From the NCBI RefSeq assembly GCF_964213995.1, contig NW_027590163.1:124001-188000 (forward strand): DNA of 64,000 bases, given 5' to 3'. Positions 9,779 to 21,101 of the stretch are shown here, one piece after another. The stretch's first letter is position 1. Each line of letters opens with the position of its first letter. The position numbers were made by a program, and so were the translations under genes. This DNA comes from Mustelus asterias (lineage: Eukaryota). The notes under the pieces were generated by a model, which ran no database searches, had not been told where the DNA came from, and saw only the letters and a program-made list of their open reading frames with translations.

Positions 9779-11188
9779 TCATGCAGATTTTTGTGCCGCC
9801 AAGGTTTGTATAATGTCCAGCAGCTGCTGGTGGCTGAGGTGCACTGGGTCCGAAACCACCTCGTTCTCCCTTATATCTGGGGCGCTTGCCGGGGTTTTCT
9901 CCAGTCTCTTCGGGGGCGCTCCCTTTCTCCTTGGGATCCTTCTGTCTTTGCAGGTAGATTCGGTGTGTCCGATTCTGCCGCACTTATTACATGTATTAGG
10001 AGGGTGCGGGATTATAGCTCGGCATTCCCTTTTGAAATGGCCTAATTCCCCGCACCTGTAGCAATGTCCTCCTTCAGTTCCTACCGCTGATATCCCTGCT
10101 CTGGCGCCCTGTGTTTTCCTTTGCTGGTTGTCTACAGTGACAGCCCAGTTTTCTAATTCATCGAAGGTGTTAAAGTTTACCAATCCTGTCTTTAGGATAG
10201 CTTGGTGTGCTGGGCTCAGCCCATCCCTATATAACTGGAGGAATGCCGGGTTCTGTCTATCTGCATCTGGCATTCCTCCGTGGGCTACAAAGGCATCGAA
10301 TTTTCGTCGCCCGTATTCCTGAGCCCCTTCCTCCTTTTTCTGCGTTACTCCTACTATTACACTCCAACTCACGGGGACCTCCCCCATGGTCAGGATAATA
10401 TCGTTTTTAAAGCCTGTCAGAGCCTGTTCCTGCTCCCGGCGGCTCCCGTCTAGGTCTGCACACCAAGTCCCATTCTGGTGTTCTGCCCGGAGCCGAGCCC
10501 AGTGATTCTCGGGCATCTTGGCTCTTACTAACCCTGCTATATCTCGGTTGTGTAAGTTGTGGCACATCTCTTTCATCTTTTGCCAAAAAATTGCGTTACT
10601 GTGCCTGGGCTGCAGGGTTGGGAGCTTTTCTAGTAATTTCATAGTGTCCCCTGGCGAGAGTGACACATAAGTCATTTTAATTTGGGCCTGCCTTCCTCGC
10701 CCGTCTCTCCCTTGTCCCCCTGGGATACATTCGATCTTAAGAGGTGCTGCTTTGGCGTTTGGGGGATCGGTGGTTACCGGGGGACTCCCCCCTGTTGGGC
10801 ACCGAGGACTTGTCTCGTCTATTAAGCACTCCCAATCGGGACATTCCTCGTATGGGGCTTCACGGGAGAAGTCGGTCAGTGCCGGCAACACGGGGTTAAT
10901 AGCCATCACAGCAGCATGCTTTTTCTGTTCAGCCTTTTCTTGTTTATCCTGAACGTATTTATGGACTCGCCCTGCTAGGGTGAGGTGTGCCTTTAGTATG
11001 AGGATCCAAGCCTTATCATCCTTGTTCCTCTTTTCCGTTGCCCACCATTCCCGTTGGCTCTCAAGGGGGTCTTGGGGTTTCCACCCTGTTTTAATCATGC
11101 TTTTAATTAGGTTCTTGTTTTTATCTGCTAGATAGCGGGTGAGGGACCCTTCCGGCCCCCATTCAAAAATGGTCTCAATGCTATCCAT
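9779..11188 (-). CDS. gag: ERV Gag, 469 aa, with two CCHC zinc knuckles
   Basis: MHR-like QKKEEGAQEYGRR; CYRCGELGHFKREC and CNKCGRIGHTESTC; TGA stop in frame with pol. Confidence 0.94.
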   Translation of the reverse strand: MDSIETIFEWGPEGSLTRYLADKNKNLIKSMIKTGWKPQDPLESQREWWATEKRNKDDKAWILILKAHLTLAGRVHKYVQDKQEKAEQKKHAAVMAINPVLPALTDFSREAPYEECPDWECLIDETSPRCPTGGSPPVTTDPPNAKAAPLKIECIPGGQGRDGRGRQAQIKMTYVSLSPGDTMKLLEKLPTLQPRHSNAIFWQKMKEMCHNLHNRDIAGLVRAKMPENHWARLRAEHQNGTWCADLDGSRREQEQALTGFKNDIILTMGEVPVSWSVIVGVTQKKEEGAQEYGRRKFDAFVAHGGMPDADRQNPAFLQLYRDGLSPAHQAILKTGLVNFNTFDELENWAVTVDNQQRKTQGARAGISAVGTEGGHCYRCGELGHFKRECRAIIPHPPNTCNKCGRIGHTESTCKDRRIPRRKGAPPKRLEKTPASAPDIRENEVVSDPVHLSHQQLLDIIQTLAAQKSA

Positions 11189-12032
11189 GTCGAATCTCTT
11201 AGCTAAGATCAGTGGTGTACTAATCCTGGTTTGGTGCTTCCCACAGATACTTGTGGAGGTATCCCTGGGGTTCCTGGTTTGGTGTTTCCACTGTCAGTAC
11301 CTTTAAACCTTCAGCAGTAACACGCAGAGCCCGTCCTGCATGTAACGGGGAGATCACCGCTCACAGAAACAGGGGGGGGGGGGGGGGCTCTGACCACGAC
11401 TACAGGGGCCGGGGGCCACTCTTTCCTGACCAAATCATACCGCTAAATCAATCCACAGAGGCTCGCCGTTTCCCTATCTCCCCGGGAATCACCCTGACCT
11501 GGGTGCGGACAAGCGTGGGATTGACCGCAGGTAGGAGTTCCCCCGGCGTGTAGCCGTTCTTTCGCGCTACCAGAGGTCTCCTGCTTGTAGTGCCCGAAGC
11601 ACTCACAGAGGCTCCAGACTTAGTAGCGCCCGGACATGTAGCAGACTCCTCGCGGATCTGTTTCCAGTGGCCCAGACTTTCGCGCCTGCAGAGGTCCTAC
11701 CCGACTTGCAGCGCCCGGACTTAAACCGAACTTCGTGAGTCCGCGTTCATTGGCCCTAACCCTGGACGTCCTCCCGGCCTCCCGGCCACTTAACCCTTGT
11801 CTTCCTTAGGTACCTTTTGGGTCAGCTAATGTCTGGTCGGGTCCGCTGTCAGGGATACACGGAATGCAACAGTACACAATCAATTACAATTCGCGACCCC
11901 GCTCACCCGCCCAAAGAAGAACCTACCCCGCTGTGCAGCTCTCGATCGGGCTCTGTTCACAAGTTCAGATCGCGGCAGCCGTGGAACACCGCTGGCACTG
12001 GGAATTCCCGCGGACTTTAAATGAGTAAAGAT

Positions 12033-12041
12033 ACTCACCCA
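12033..12041 (-). promoter_or_regulatory. Candidate major splice donor (TGG|GTGAGT)
   Basis: Consensus donor about 37 nt downstream of the PBS; candidate acceptor CTTAAC..TCTTTGTCCTTACAG| at 6146. Confidence 0.6.
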
Positions 12042-12075
12042 GTGTTTGAGAGGCGATGTTCCAGCGGCGGTCACG

Positions 12076-12093
12076 ATCCCGGACGAGCCCCCA
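12076..12093 (-). other. Primer binding site, tRNA-Pro
   Basis: TGGGGGCTCGTCCGGGAT, 18/18 complementary to the tRNA-Pro 3' end plus CCA, 2 nt after the 5' LTR. Confidence 0.97.
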
Positions 12094-12095
12094 AT

Positions 12096-12702
12096 TGTTA
12101 GCGCGAGTGAACAGATACCACACCACTAGCACCCAGAGCCAAGATCGATAGCAGCACAGTTTATTATAGTGTTTTACGTCGACGGAGGTACAATCAGGAC
12201 ACAGACAAGACAGTCCCGTAAAGTACTCTGCTTGCCTGCCAAAACGGAGTACAGTTATAGTAACGATCTGTTTTGATATGTAAATGGTTTGTGAGTGGTT
12301 TCCTGATATAATCATCCTGTTTCAATAGGTTTGTGGGTGTGGAGTTTGATGTGTAAATGGTTTTCTTTTATAGTTATCCCGTTAATGGGTTTTCTGGTCT
12401 AGAGTTTTAATATGTAAAGTTTGGTTTAAGAGTGTGATAATTGCTTTATGTCTCTGAATTCCTTTGGACAATGGGTGTTTGATGGGATGTCAGGAAGTTT
12501 TCCAGGTCTCAAGATATTTTCTGAATAGCATATTGATGCGAGTTCCTGAGTCTTTGTGAACCTGGTTTCTGTGTTTAAAAGATGTCTGCTTGCCTTACTC
12601 ACACCTTTCTGGCTGAATGCTGTCCTGTTTTGCTTCATTTATCGAGTTATAGTTTAAAAAATATTCTAATCCTAATACCCACAAAATTTATGCCCGCCGA
12701 CA
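12096..12702 (-). repeat. ERV 5' LTR
   Basis: Direct repeat of 3098-3704 with 3 substitutions seen by eye. Confidence 0.96.
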
Positions 12703-12706
12703 CCTC

Positions 12707-13340
12707 CAATCTTGGTGTCATCTGCAAACTTACTAACCATGCCTGCTAAATGCTCATCAAAACCATTAAAATAAATGACAAATAACAGTGGAACCAGAAC
12801 CGACCCTGAGGCGCACCGCTGGTGACAGGCCTCCAATTTGAAAGCAACTCTCTACAACCAGCCTCTGTCTTCTGTCATCAAGCCAATTTTACATCAATTT
12901 GGCTACCTCACGCGGAATACCGTAAGATTTAACCTGATGCAACAACCTGCCATGCGGTATCTTGTCAAATGCCTACTAAAGTCCATGTAGACAACATCAA
13001 TTACACTGCCCTCATCGACCTTCTTGGTTACCCTTTCAAAAAACTCAATAAAAATTCGTGAGACATGATTTTCCACTCACAGAGCCATTCTGATCAGTCC
13101 TTGCCTCTCTAAATGCCTCGGGATCCTGTTTCTCAGACTGCCTTCGAACAACTTACCCACTACAGATGTGAGGCTCAGCGGCCTGTAGCTCCCACGCTTC
13201 TCCCTGCAACCCTTTTTAAACAGAAGCACGACATTTCCCACCCTCCAGTATTCAAGCAGATCACCTGGGCTTTCGATGATTCAGATATCTCTGCAAGGGG
13301 TCCTGCTATTTCCCCCGAGTCTCCCATAACGTGGGAGGTC
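12707..13340 (-). mobile_element. CR1-clade LINE RT fragment (right part of the ERV target)
   Basis: 'caatcttggtgtcatctgcaaactt' encodes KFADDTKI on the minus strand; degenerate RT continues. Confidence 0.8.
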
Positions 13341-13545
13341 GTCTGAAGGAATGAGGTCCTCTCAATTCGTGTCTGCCAGCAGAGTCAACCATTGAAAATG
13401 TTTCGATTTACTTGTGAGCCTGCTATGGTGTTAGATTGTGCTCAGGTTCTCAACCCAAAGCCCATGTGAAGCAATCCCGCCGTGTGCAAGGAAAATAAAT
13501 TTACAGAACCAGTACCTTGTCCAATATGCAACAGCAGCAAAATGT

Positions 13546-13635
13546 GGGCTCGTCCGGGATTTGAACCCGGGACCTCTCGCAAGCTTGCGAATTTCAACAC
13601 CCAAAGCGAGAATCATACCCCTAGACCAACGAGCC
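13546..13635 (-). tRNA. tRNA-Pro(TGG) with an 18-nt intron (13582-13599)
   Basis: Exons match the canonical vertebrate tRNA-Pro(TGG) as I recall it; insertion at position 37/38; TTTT terminator 3 nt downstream. Confidence 0.9.
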
Positions 13636-14079
13636 TTCGTTGCAGAGATCTGCCAAATAATTATATTTTCATTGTCATCCAAAATAGATCATACATCTGC
13701 ATTGAAAGTTGAAAATGCTGGAATAGCTCAGAAAGTCAGAGAGCGTGTGTGCACAGAGAAACAAAGCTTTTCTTTCATCTCTCTACCCTTTCACTGAAAC
13801 TGGGGATGTTTAAAAATGTAGAACGTTTTGCGCAAATGAGATGCAGGAGGGAGGAAACATAACATCCTGTTGGGTGGAAGTCAGGAGAGGTGAGATGACG
13901 GAAACAGAGAATCACAAAGCGATTAACCACATAATGAGGCCGTTCCGAAGTTCTTTCCAGGACACACATGTGCTGTGGATAAAGGGGAACCGGTGGATGT
14001 AATGTACATAGATTACACTGGAGCCACATTGATGAGGTTGGTGGGTCTTGAGTTTTGAAAGTTCCACTCAGTAATATAG

Positions 14080-14480
14080 AAACAAAGGAATCAGGAGCTC
14101 AAGTCGGCAAATTCAGCCCTTCGAACCTGCTTCGTCATTCAATCAGATCATGGCTGATCTCTCCCTGGTCTCAAGTCTACTTTCCCATCTGTTCTTCTTT
14201 CCCCTTTAAACATTTTTTGAAACATCAGAAATATATCTATCTCCTTTTGAAACCATTCAATCTTTCAGAACCCATCACGCTCTGGGGCAGCGAGTTCCAG
14301 AGATTCACCACTCTGCGAGAACACTCTCTGCGAGAAGTACTTCCTCCTCATTTCAGGTTTAAATCCACCGCCTCTCAACCTATACCTGCGTCTTCTTGTT
14401 CTACATTGCCCCATAGAGGAATCATTTGGTCGACGTTTATTCCATTAGTTCCCTTTAGACTTTTGTACACCTCGATAACT
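14080..14480 (-). mobile_element. CR1-clade LINE 3' end fragment
   Basis: 'cagcccttcgaacctgcttcgtcattcaatcagatcatggctgatct' tail and 'gagttccagagattcaccac'. Confidence 0.65.
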
Positions 14481-14659
14481 TCAGCAACTTGTGAGACTAT
14501 TTCAGCTCGCTGTCGACTTCATGTCCTGGCAAACACAGTGGGTGTTGTCATTCGCTGAAGGAACCAATTATGTCCCATCTAAACAGGATATTCTGAAGGA
14601 AATACTTGTCGCTGATGAAAATGATCTGAGATGAAAATAATAAGCAAAGAAATGTATTT

Positions 14660-14960
14660 TAAAGTTTATTTAGTCGTGTGACAAGAAGGCTTGCATTAAC
14701 ATTTCAATGAAGTTGCTGTGAAAATCGGCTGGTCACCACTCTTGGCTACCTGTTTAGGTAATTAGCAGAAGAATTAGCATAGCCAATCCAAATACCGTGA
14801 GCATCTTTGGACTCTGGGAAGAAACCAGAGCATTCGCAGGAAACCCACACAGAATCACGAAGAACGTGCAGGCCCCACACAGACAATGATCCAAGCCAAG
14901 TATCGAATGCTTGTCTTTCGCACTGTGAGGTAACAGTACCAAACGCTACACCACCGTCCC
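14660..14960 (-). mobile_element. tRNA-derived SINE
   Basis: Same family as 27180-27465 and 63180-63460. Confidence 0.65.
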
Positions 14961-16252
14961 ATAGGGTACGTCAGTTTAAAAATACAGTTCACCCGTTACC
15001 CTTGGAGTCCAGTGGTTTGTGTAAGTAACCCTCGCCCCCCCTCCCCCCCCCCCCCCCCCCCACCCCCACCCCCACCCCCACCCCAGGTTATGTTTGCTTT
15101 CAATTCCCGCTCAGGAAAAGAAGAATCATTTGCCGTTTCCAATTTTGAGGTTCATGGACAGGGTGAACGGAAAGCACCTCTTCCCGTTGGTTGCGAAGTA
15201 AATCGTTGCTCTCAGCAAACGGTTAAAAGTAATCTGATTTAAACTCTGATGTAAAGCAGATCAGTAGAATCAGCAGAGTGAAGTTTGCAAGTTTACTTCA
15301 GAGCTGGAAATGCCAAGAACAAACTCAGAAAGAGAAGAACAGTGAGAGAATGTGATGAGGTGGAGCTGCTGGCATTGTGGGGTGGGCACAGAAATAAATC
15401 TAATAACACCAACTGAAAGTCCAATAGCTTTATTCGGAATAAATAGTTCAAAGAAGCAGCGCTCCCTCAGCTGGTGATTCCAAATAAACCTGTTGGTCTT
15501 TAACCTGGTTGTTGTGAGACTTCTAAAAGTGATAGATTACAAATCGCTGAGGACAGCGATGGTGAAGCAAGGTAAAATCTGGAAGAGAATGGATCAGATT
15601 TCACCGTTTATACTGACACTGAATTGTAAAACTTTGAAAATTATCTCACTCTGTAATGAACAATCTTTGGAAATATTTATGTCCGGTGTCGCACCCTCGG
15701 AACCAAACGTGATAACTGCAGTGGAGCGTTTGTCGTCATTATCTGAACACATTCAATTATGGATGATGACAAAATAACAAATAGAATGTGGATGAATCAA
15801 ATTGTAAAACACGCTACAAGATGCTTGTCTGGGGGTTAGAGTTTGATACTTTCACTGCTGTTTTAATTGCAGGTCAGAAAATGAAGATTTATTGCTCTCG
15901 TCCTAACCGTGAAAATAAATATCGGATATTTCCTGGAAGAACAGGGAAATCTCAGTCTCGCTTCGTGTCCGTCCTGTCTGAAGTGAAGACCGTGATCAAA
16001 TTCAACAGGAAGTTTTATTTTAATTTCGCAGGAGATTGGGAAACAGGCAAGGTTAAGGTAGTTTAAATGGTGCCGACCCTTCACTGCAGCTCATTTTGTT
16101 TCAGACTGGAGATGGAATCTATTTGTTACACAGTTCAGGATTACCAGATTCAGCGAAGGAGCAGATTCAAGCCTTCTGATGGCCTTTCCCAGCTCCGTTG
16201 CTTCTAATGTATTTCAGTAACAATAACAGTAAATAACACGCTTACCATGTTG

Positions 16253-16300
16253 TTTAGCGTGGCCGAGTGATCTACGGCGCTGGAAATAATACTCCAGTTC
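16253..16300 (+). pseudogene. tRNA-Leu pseudogene, 5' half
   Basis: tagcgtggccgagtgatctacggcgctgga..ctccagt resembles the tRNA-Leu(NAG) 5' region. Confidence 0.6.
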
Positions 16301-16898
16301 TGCAAAAAAGTTTCTTCGAATTCGATAGTTGACAGAATTGTTGTTTGCTTTGGCCCTTGCAGCTGAAGATAAACAGTTCAGATTGAATGTAGAAGTGTGG
16401 GTGGTGTCGTTCCTGGTAGGAAAAAAGAGGAGGAACAGTGCCAATTAAACAGTTGTTGGGGTAAAGGAGAGAGTGTGGAAGGAGTGCAGTTGCTCCGACA
16501 GGGAGCACACACGGAAACACTGGCTGAATGACTGGCTGCCGATATAAGCAACAGTGTTGCAAACAGTGAGACTGTATTCCCGGCCCAGGGGTTAAGCTCT
16601 GGATAAAAGCAAATTACTGCGGATGCTGGAATCTCTGAAAAGGAGTCATCTGGATTCGAAGCTCCAGCTCTTTTCTCTCCTTACAGATGCTACACCTGAC
16701 CTGCTGAGGTTTTCCAACATTTTCTGATTTGGTTCCAGGGACAAATGTGATGAATTTAGATTTTCCAAGTGAAGTTCAAATCCTGTCATGTCCGCTTCCC
16801 ATCATTCCTCATTGTGACTATGTTTTTAGGGAAAGTTATTTGAATTAAAGCAATGGGTACGGAGATGGTCATCTCATTACCGATGTGTCACATCAGCT

Positions 16899-16962
16899 TC
16901 CCTGAGAGCATAATGATCAGGATTCGGCGCAGTGGCCCCACGTTCAATTCCCGGTCATGGAG
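16899..16962 (+). pseudogene. tRNA-Glu pseudogene with anticodon arm deleted
   Basis: tccctg..aggattcggcgc..gttcaattcccggtcatgga. Confidence 0.6.
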
Positions 16963-17139
16963 TCAATCATCTTTTGTTCAATTCTTCATTTACTGAAAAC
17001 ACGACTCACAGCGCCTGTGAAGGGAGAAACAAGGTTAATCTTCCAGCTGGATGAACTTGTATCAGAGCTGGACAAATCAAAGGTGTATCTTTGACAATAA
17101 ACTCTGAAGAAGAGTCAGATGATACACTTTCAAGTTGCA

Positions 17140-18360
17140 TATTTTAACTTCCTTCCCCTGTAACTGAGGGAAGTGCAGTTGATCTAGTTGTTTTGTTCGA
17201 GCAAAGCACTGAGAAGGTCCCACAAGGGAGACTGATTGAGAATATAGAAGCACTTGGAATTCAGGAAACTGGGTGAGATGGATCGGAAAATGTCTTCATA
17301 ATAGGACACATAGGGTAGTGGTAGAAGTCTGTTCGAATGAATGGAGGTTAGAGCAAAGTGGCCTACTATAGGTTTCAGTGCTGAGACGCTTTTTGTTTGT
17401 TACATGCATAAATAATATAGATGATAATTTGAAGGGAATTATAAGCAAGTTTGCAGCTGGTACAAAGATTGTTGACGTGGTTAATATTGAAGACGAAAGC
17501 CCTACGTTCAAGGAAGATTTCGATAGGTTGGTGAGATGGAACGAACAGTGGCAGATGGTGTATAAACCGGATAAGTGCGAGGTGATGCACTTTGGAAGAA
17601 ATAATAACACAGGTGAATATTTAATGAATCGCAGGACATTAGGGAGTTCAGAGGAACATGTGGATTAGGAATACTTATAAACTGATCCCTGAAGGTGGCA
17701 GAGCAGTTGAATAGGATAGCTACGACGGCATAAGGGGCACCTTGTTTTTATCAGTCGTGGCATAGAATATAAGGGCAAGGAGTTAACATTGGAATTGTAC
17801 ATAGCGGTGGTTAGGCCAGAGCTGGAGTACTGTGCACAGTTCTGGCCAGCTCACTATAGGAAGGATGTGATTATACTAACAGGGGAACAGAGCAGATTCA
17901 CCAAGATTTTTCCTGGGACGGAACATTTGAGCGAAAAGGGGGAAGTGGATAGTGTTGGAATATTTTCCTTTGAGCAGAGAAGGCTGAGGGAGTGCGGGGA
18001 CTGATTGTGGCATATAAGTTTGAGGTTCATGGACAGGGTGAAGGGAAAGCAGCTCTTCCCCTTTGTTGAGATGTTAATCACGACGGGGCATAGTTTTAAG
18101 TTAAGGGGCTCGAGATTCGGCAGGTATTTCTTTCACGAAGAGGTTGTTGGGAATGTGCAGTACAGCGCCTGGGAAGGTATTGGAGGCCGGAAAAATTACA
18201 AACTTTATAAAGTGTCGGAATGAACACTTGAAAAATAATAGCATTCAAGGATATGGGACACGTGCTAGAAAATGGGATCAGCGCGATGCTAGTGGCAGTT
18301 ATTGTCGTTGTACACTCGATGGGCCAAACCGTCTCTACTGCGCCGTACGACTCTATGACT
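17140..18360 (+). mobile_element. Degenerate CR1-clade LINE (RT plus 3' tail)
   Basis: ISKFAAGTKI, PDKCEVMHFG, RPELEYCAQFW with frameshifts. Confidence 0.8.
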
Positions 18361-18899
18361 AAGCACAGTTCACAGTGAGGAGAAATGCAACATGTCCTCT
18401 GTCAGTGACGAACGCCTCTGCTGATAATCCGACCTAACAAGGAAAAAAAGGCACAACCAAACTGAGGAGAAACTGTGATCATGCGGGGATTGCGGGAAGG
18501 GATTCAAGCAACATAAAGTGAGAGACAAATGAATGGGGAAAGAAGAGCGAACGAAAATAAGACAGAGATTAATATATCAAATGTTGAACTCAATTTTGAT
18601 TTCTCCTGGCTTTAACGTGTCCCCTTTTCATTTGGTAATAAAGTATTACATTTCTCTTTCAGTTCAGATGAAAGGTCAGAGAGCTGTCACCTGATCATCT
18701 GTTTCTCTCTTCACAGGGCCAAGTCTGAACTGCTGGGGACATGAGATTCACAGTTTTACTCTCCAGTCTGGTGTGGATTGATAATGAGAAGCTCCTTTAA
18801 TTGAGAAAAATAAATGCATTTGGGTTCTGACTTGAACAAAATAAGCTGCACTCGTGAGTGAGATAAACATTTTCAGATTTGATGATGTCAGTCAAACCG

Positions 18900-19940
18900 A
18901 GTTTAAAGAGCTAGGACGTTGTCTTTGCATATTTTCAATCCACCAGAACTATTTCTGCATCGAGGGAATTTTACACTATTGAAACCAATATATTGGTAGC
19001 CATTCCAATTTCGGTTCAGTTGCAAACCGACTTCCTTGCACAGGTCCTGCCGTCTCCCAGAACAGTTCCAGAGTTCTGGAAGTCTGAAGTCCTCACTCCT
19101 GCACCTATTCTCCAGACGTGCATTCTTCTGAACTAACCGCCTATTTCTAAACTCACTGACACGTGGCACGGGAGTAATCCAGAGATTGCGAACTTCTGTT
19201 TTTTTAAATTTGATCTACTTCTTGGCTCCCTGAACTCTGCTTGCAGGATTTCCTCGCTTGTTCTATTATTTAGTTAAAATCAATATTTACCACGGTTTCT
19301 GTAGCCATCTCCACCCCCTCCCCCCTCCCCCACCCCCTCCACCTTCAGAAAAAGTTGCAGCCGTTTACTGACATTCTGACCCTGGCACGAGGGAGGCAGC
19401 ACACCGTCCCAGAAATGTTAACACTTTTCCCCTTAGAATTGAATCCCTCCCTCTATAGCAATGCCATTGTCCTCCTCCCCTATTGTGCAGCAGACCCATG
19501 CATGTTGCCACGACGTTGACTTTCACTGCTTTCCCCGGCACAGTCAGCCCCCTTCCCGCTCCACCGCGAAAGAACCAGTAGAGCAGCCCCCCTCCCCCAT
19601 CCCCCCACGAAAGAAACAGTAGCCAAAACGTTATATCTGCTAGATGCCCACAGGCCACTCCTGAACTACCTTCCTTCCTCTACTCCACCTAATGGTCACC
19701 CATGGGCTTTCTGCCTTTTCAAACTTCACCTGCGGTGTGGTCACTTTCGGAACGTGTTATCGACGACTTGCTCAGCCATGGGTATGCCCCACATTGAATC
19801 TCCTGAGCCTCAGCTTCGAAATGTGGTTGGCCAGTAGCTACGTTTGGACACACTTCCTGAACACATGGTCACTAGTGACACCTGAAACTTGCACTTTTGC
19901 CATATCGAACAGTCATAGGTGCAAGCTCTCCTGCCATGAC
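18900..19940 (-). mobile_element. Degenerate CR1-clade ORF1 remnant
   Basis: 'ggcacgggagtaatccagagatt' and 'cacacttcctg' blocks similar to ORF1 pieces at 36700-36940 and 61500-61620. Confidence 0.45.
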
Positions 19941-19997
19941 TACCCTTAACCCATCCCTCTTGCCCCCACCGTTCCACGCCCGGCTCTACCCCCCGCC

Positions 19998-20000
<3 letters not shown>

Positions 20001-20059
<59 letters not shown>

Positions 20060-20072
20060 AGCACACACACAC
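20001..20072 (+). repeat. (CT)n(CA)n compound microsatellite
   Basis: Seen directly. Confidence 0.95.
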
Positions 20073-21101
20073 AAAGCCGCAACACCGCACCAATTGGCTG
20101 CCTGGACACGTCAGAAAAGTTAGCTGGCAATCGCAGTTTGCATGTTGTGTATGGGATTCATGGTCATGTGCTGGCAAATGCGGTAATAGGACGTATCAAA
20201 TTGATTGAATGTGCAGCGTACATTTCCATACAGTATAGAATTTGGACGTAATATTCAGCACAAACATTCCTTCTGATCCTCATTGTGATTGCAGGCCCAG
20301 AACAATATCCACCAACCTATTACTTTTGCTCATGATCCTTCAAACGAGTGAGTATTTCGGGCGATTATCACCGTTTTCTTTCACTGATGTTTTTTCGATT
20401 TTCCTCTCATATTTATTCCCCTCATTGGGGAAGCCTGGCTCCTCGAGTTTTGCTCTTGGACCAATGAATGCCCCGAGTCCATTGAATGGAAAATCAAACT
20501 GAACTATCTCAGTCAGAACGGCCGGTCTGGGGGAGGGGTTTTGCTTCTCCGAGAAGAGCAGCCTTAGCTGATGAATATACCCAGAAGAAAATTGCAATGT
20601 TTATAGCCTGGGGCCAGTTCGCTAAGGAAATAATCTCTGAACATTCCCCCATTTTAATTTTACTCACGGAATGCAGTCCATCGCTAAATTTCAGTAGATT
20701 AGTGAATAAGAGCCCGCGTTATTTTTTGTATATCTGTGTAAGTGTGTTTTTCCGTGTGTGTGTGTATATGTGTGTCTATCTGTCTGTGTACATGTTTTTG
20801 GCTGTATGGTTGCGCGTGCCTGACTATGTGTGGATGTCTGTGTGTCTTTGTTTGTGTCCCTGCGTTTTGTGAGTTTCTGTGTAACCGTACCTCTTTTTGT
20901 CTGTAAGAGGGAATCTGTGTGGCGAAAGAAAGAATATCTTTTTGTGATTGTATGTGACAGAAAGAGAGAGATAATGTGTGTATTTTTGTCTGTAAGAGTG
21001 TATGCGTTCGAGAGAGTAAAAAATTGTGCTCAAAACGTATTTCATTTTATATCAAAAACACATCTAAAAGTTATGTTTGTCACATTCTGTTTTTTTTCCA
21101 G

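Larger units (their letters stand above)
3098..12702 (-). mobile_element. Full-length endogenous retrovirus (LTR-PBS-gag-pol-env-PPT-LTR), lokiretrovirus-like Env
   Basis: Two 607-bp TG...CA LTRs, CCTC TSD at 3094-3097 and 12703-12706, PBS, three uninterrupted ORFs; flanks rejoin into a LINE RT. Confidence 0.97.

Noticed and set aside
6254-10952. Plus-strand ORFs antisense to gag and pol (e.g. 6717-7277, 186 aa; 9636-10061)
   Set aside because: Shadow frames of GC-rich coding sequence, mostly with non-ATG starts and no recognisable domain; no evidence for an HBZ-like gene
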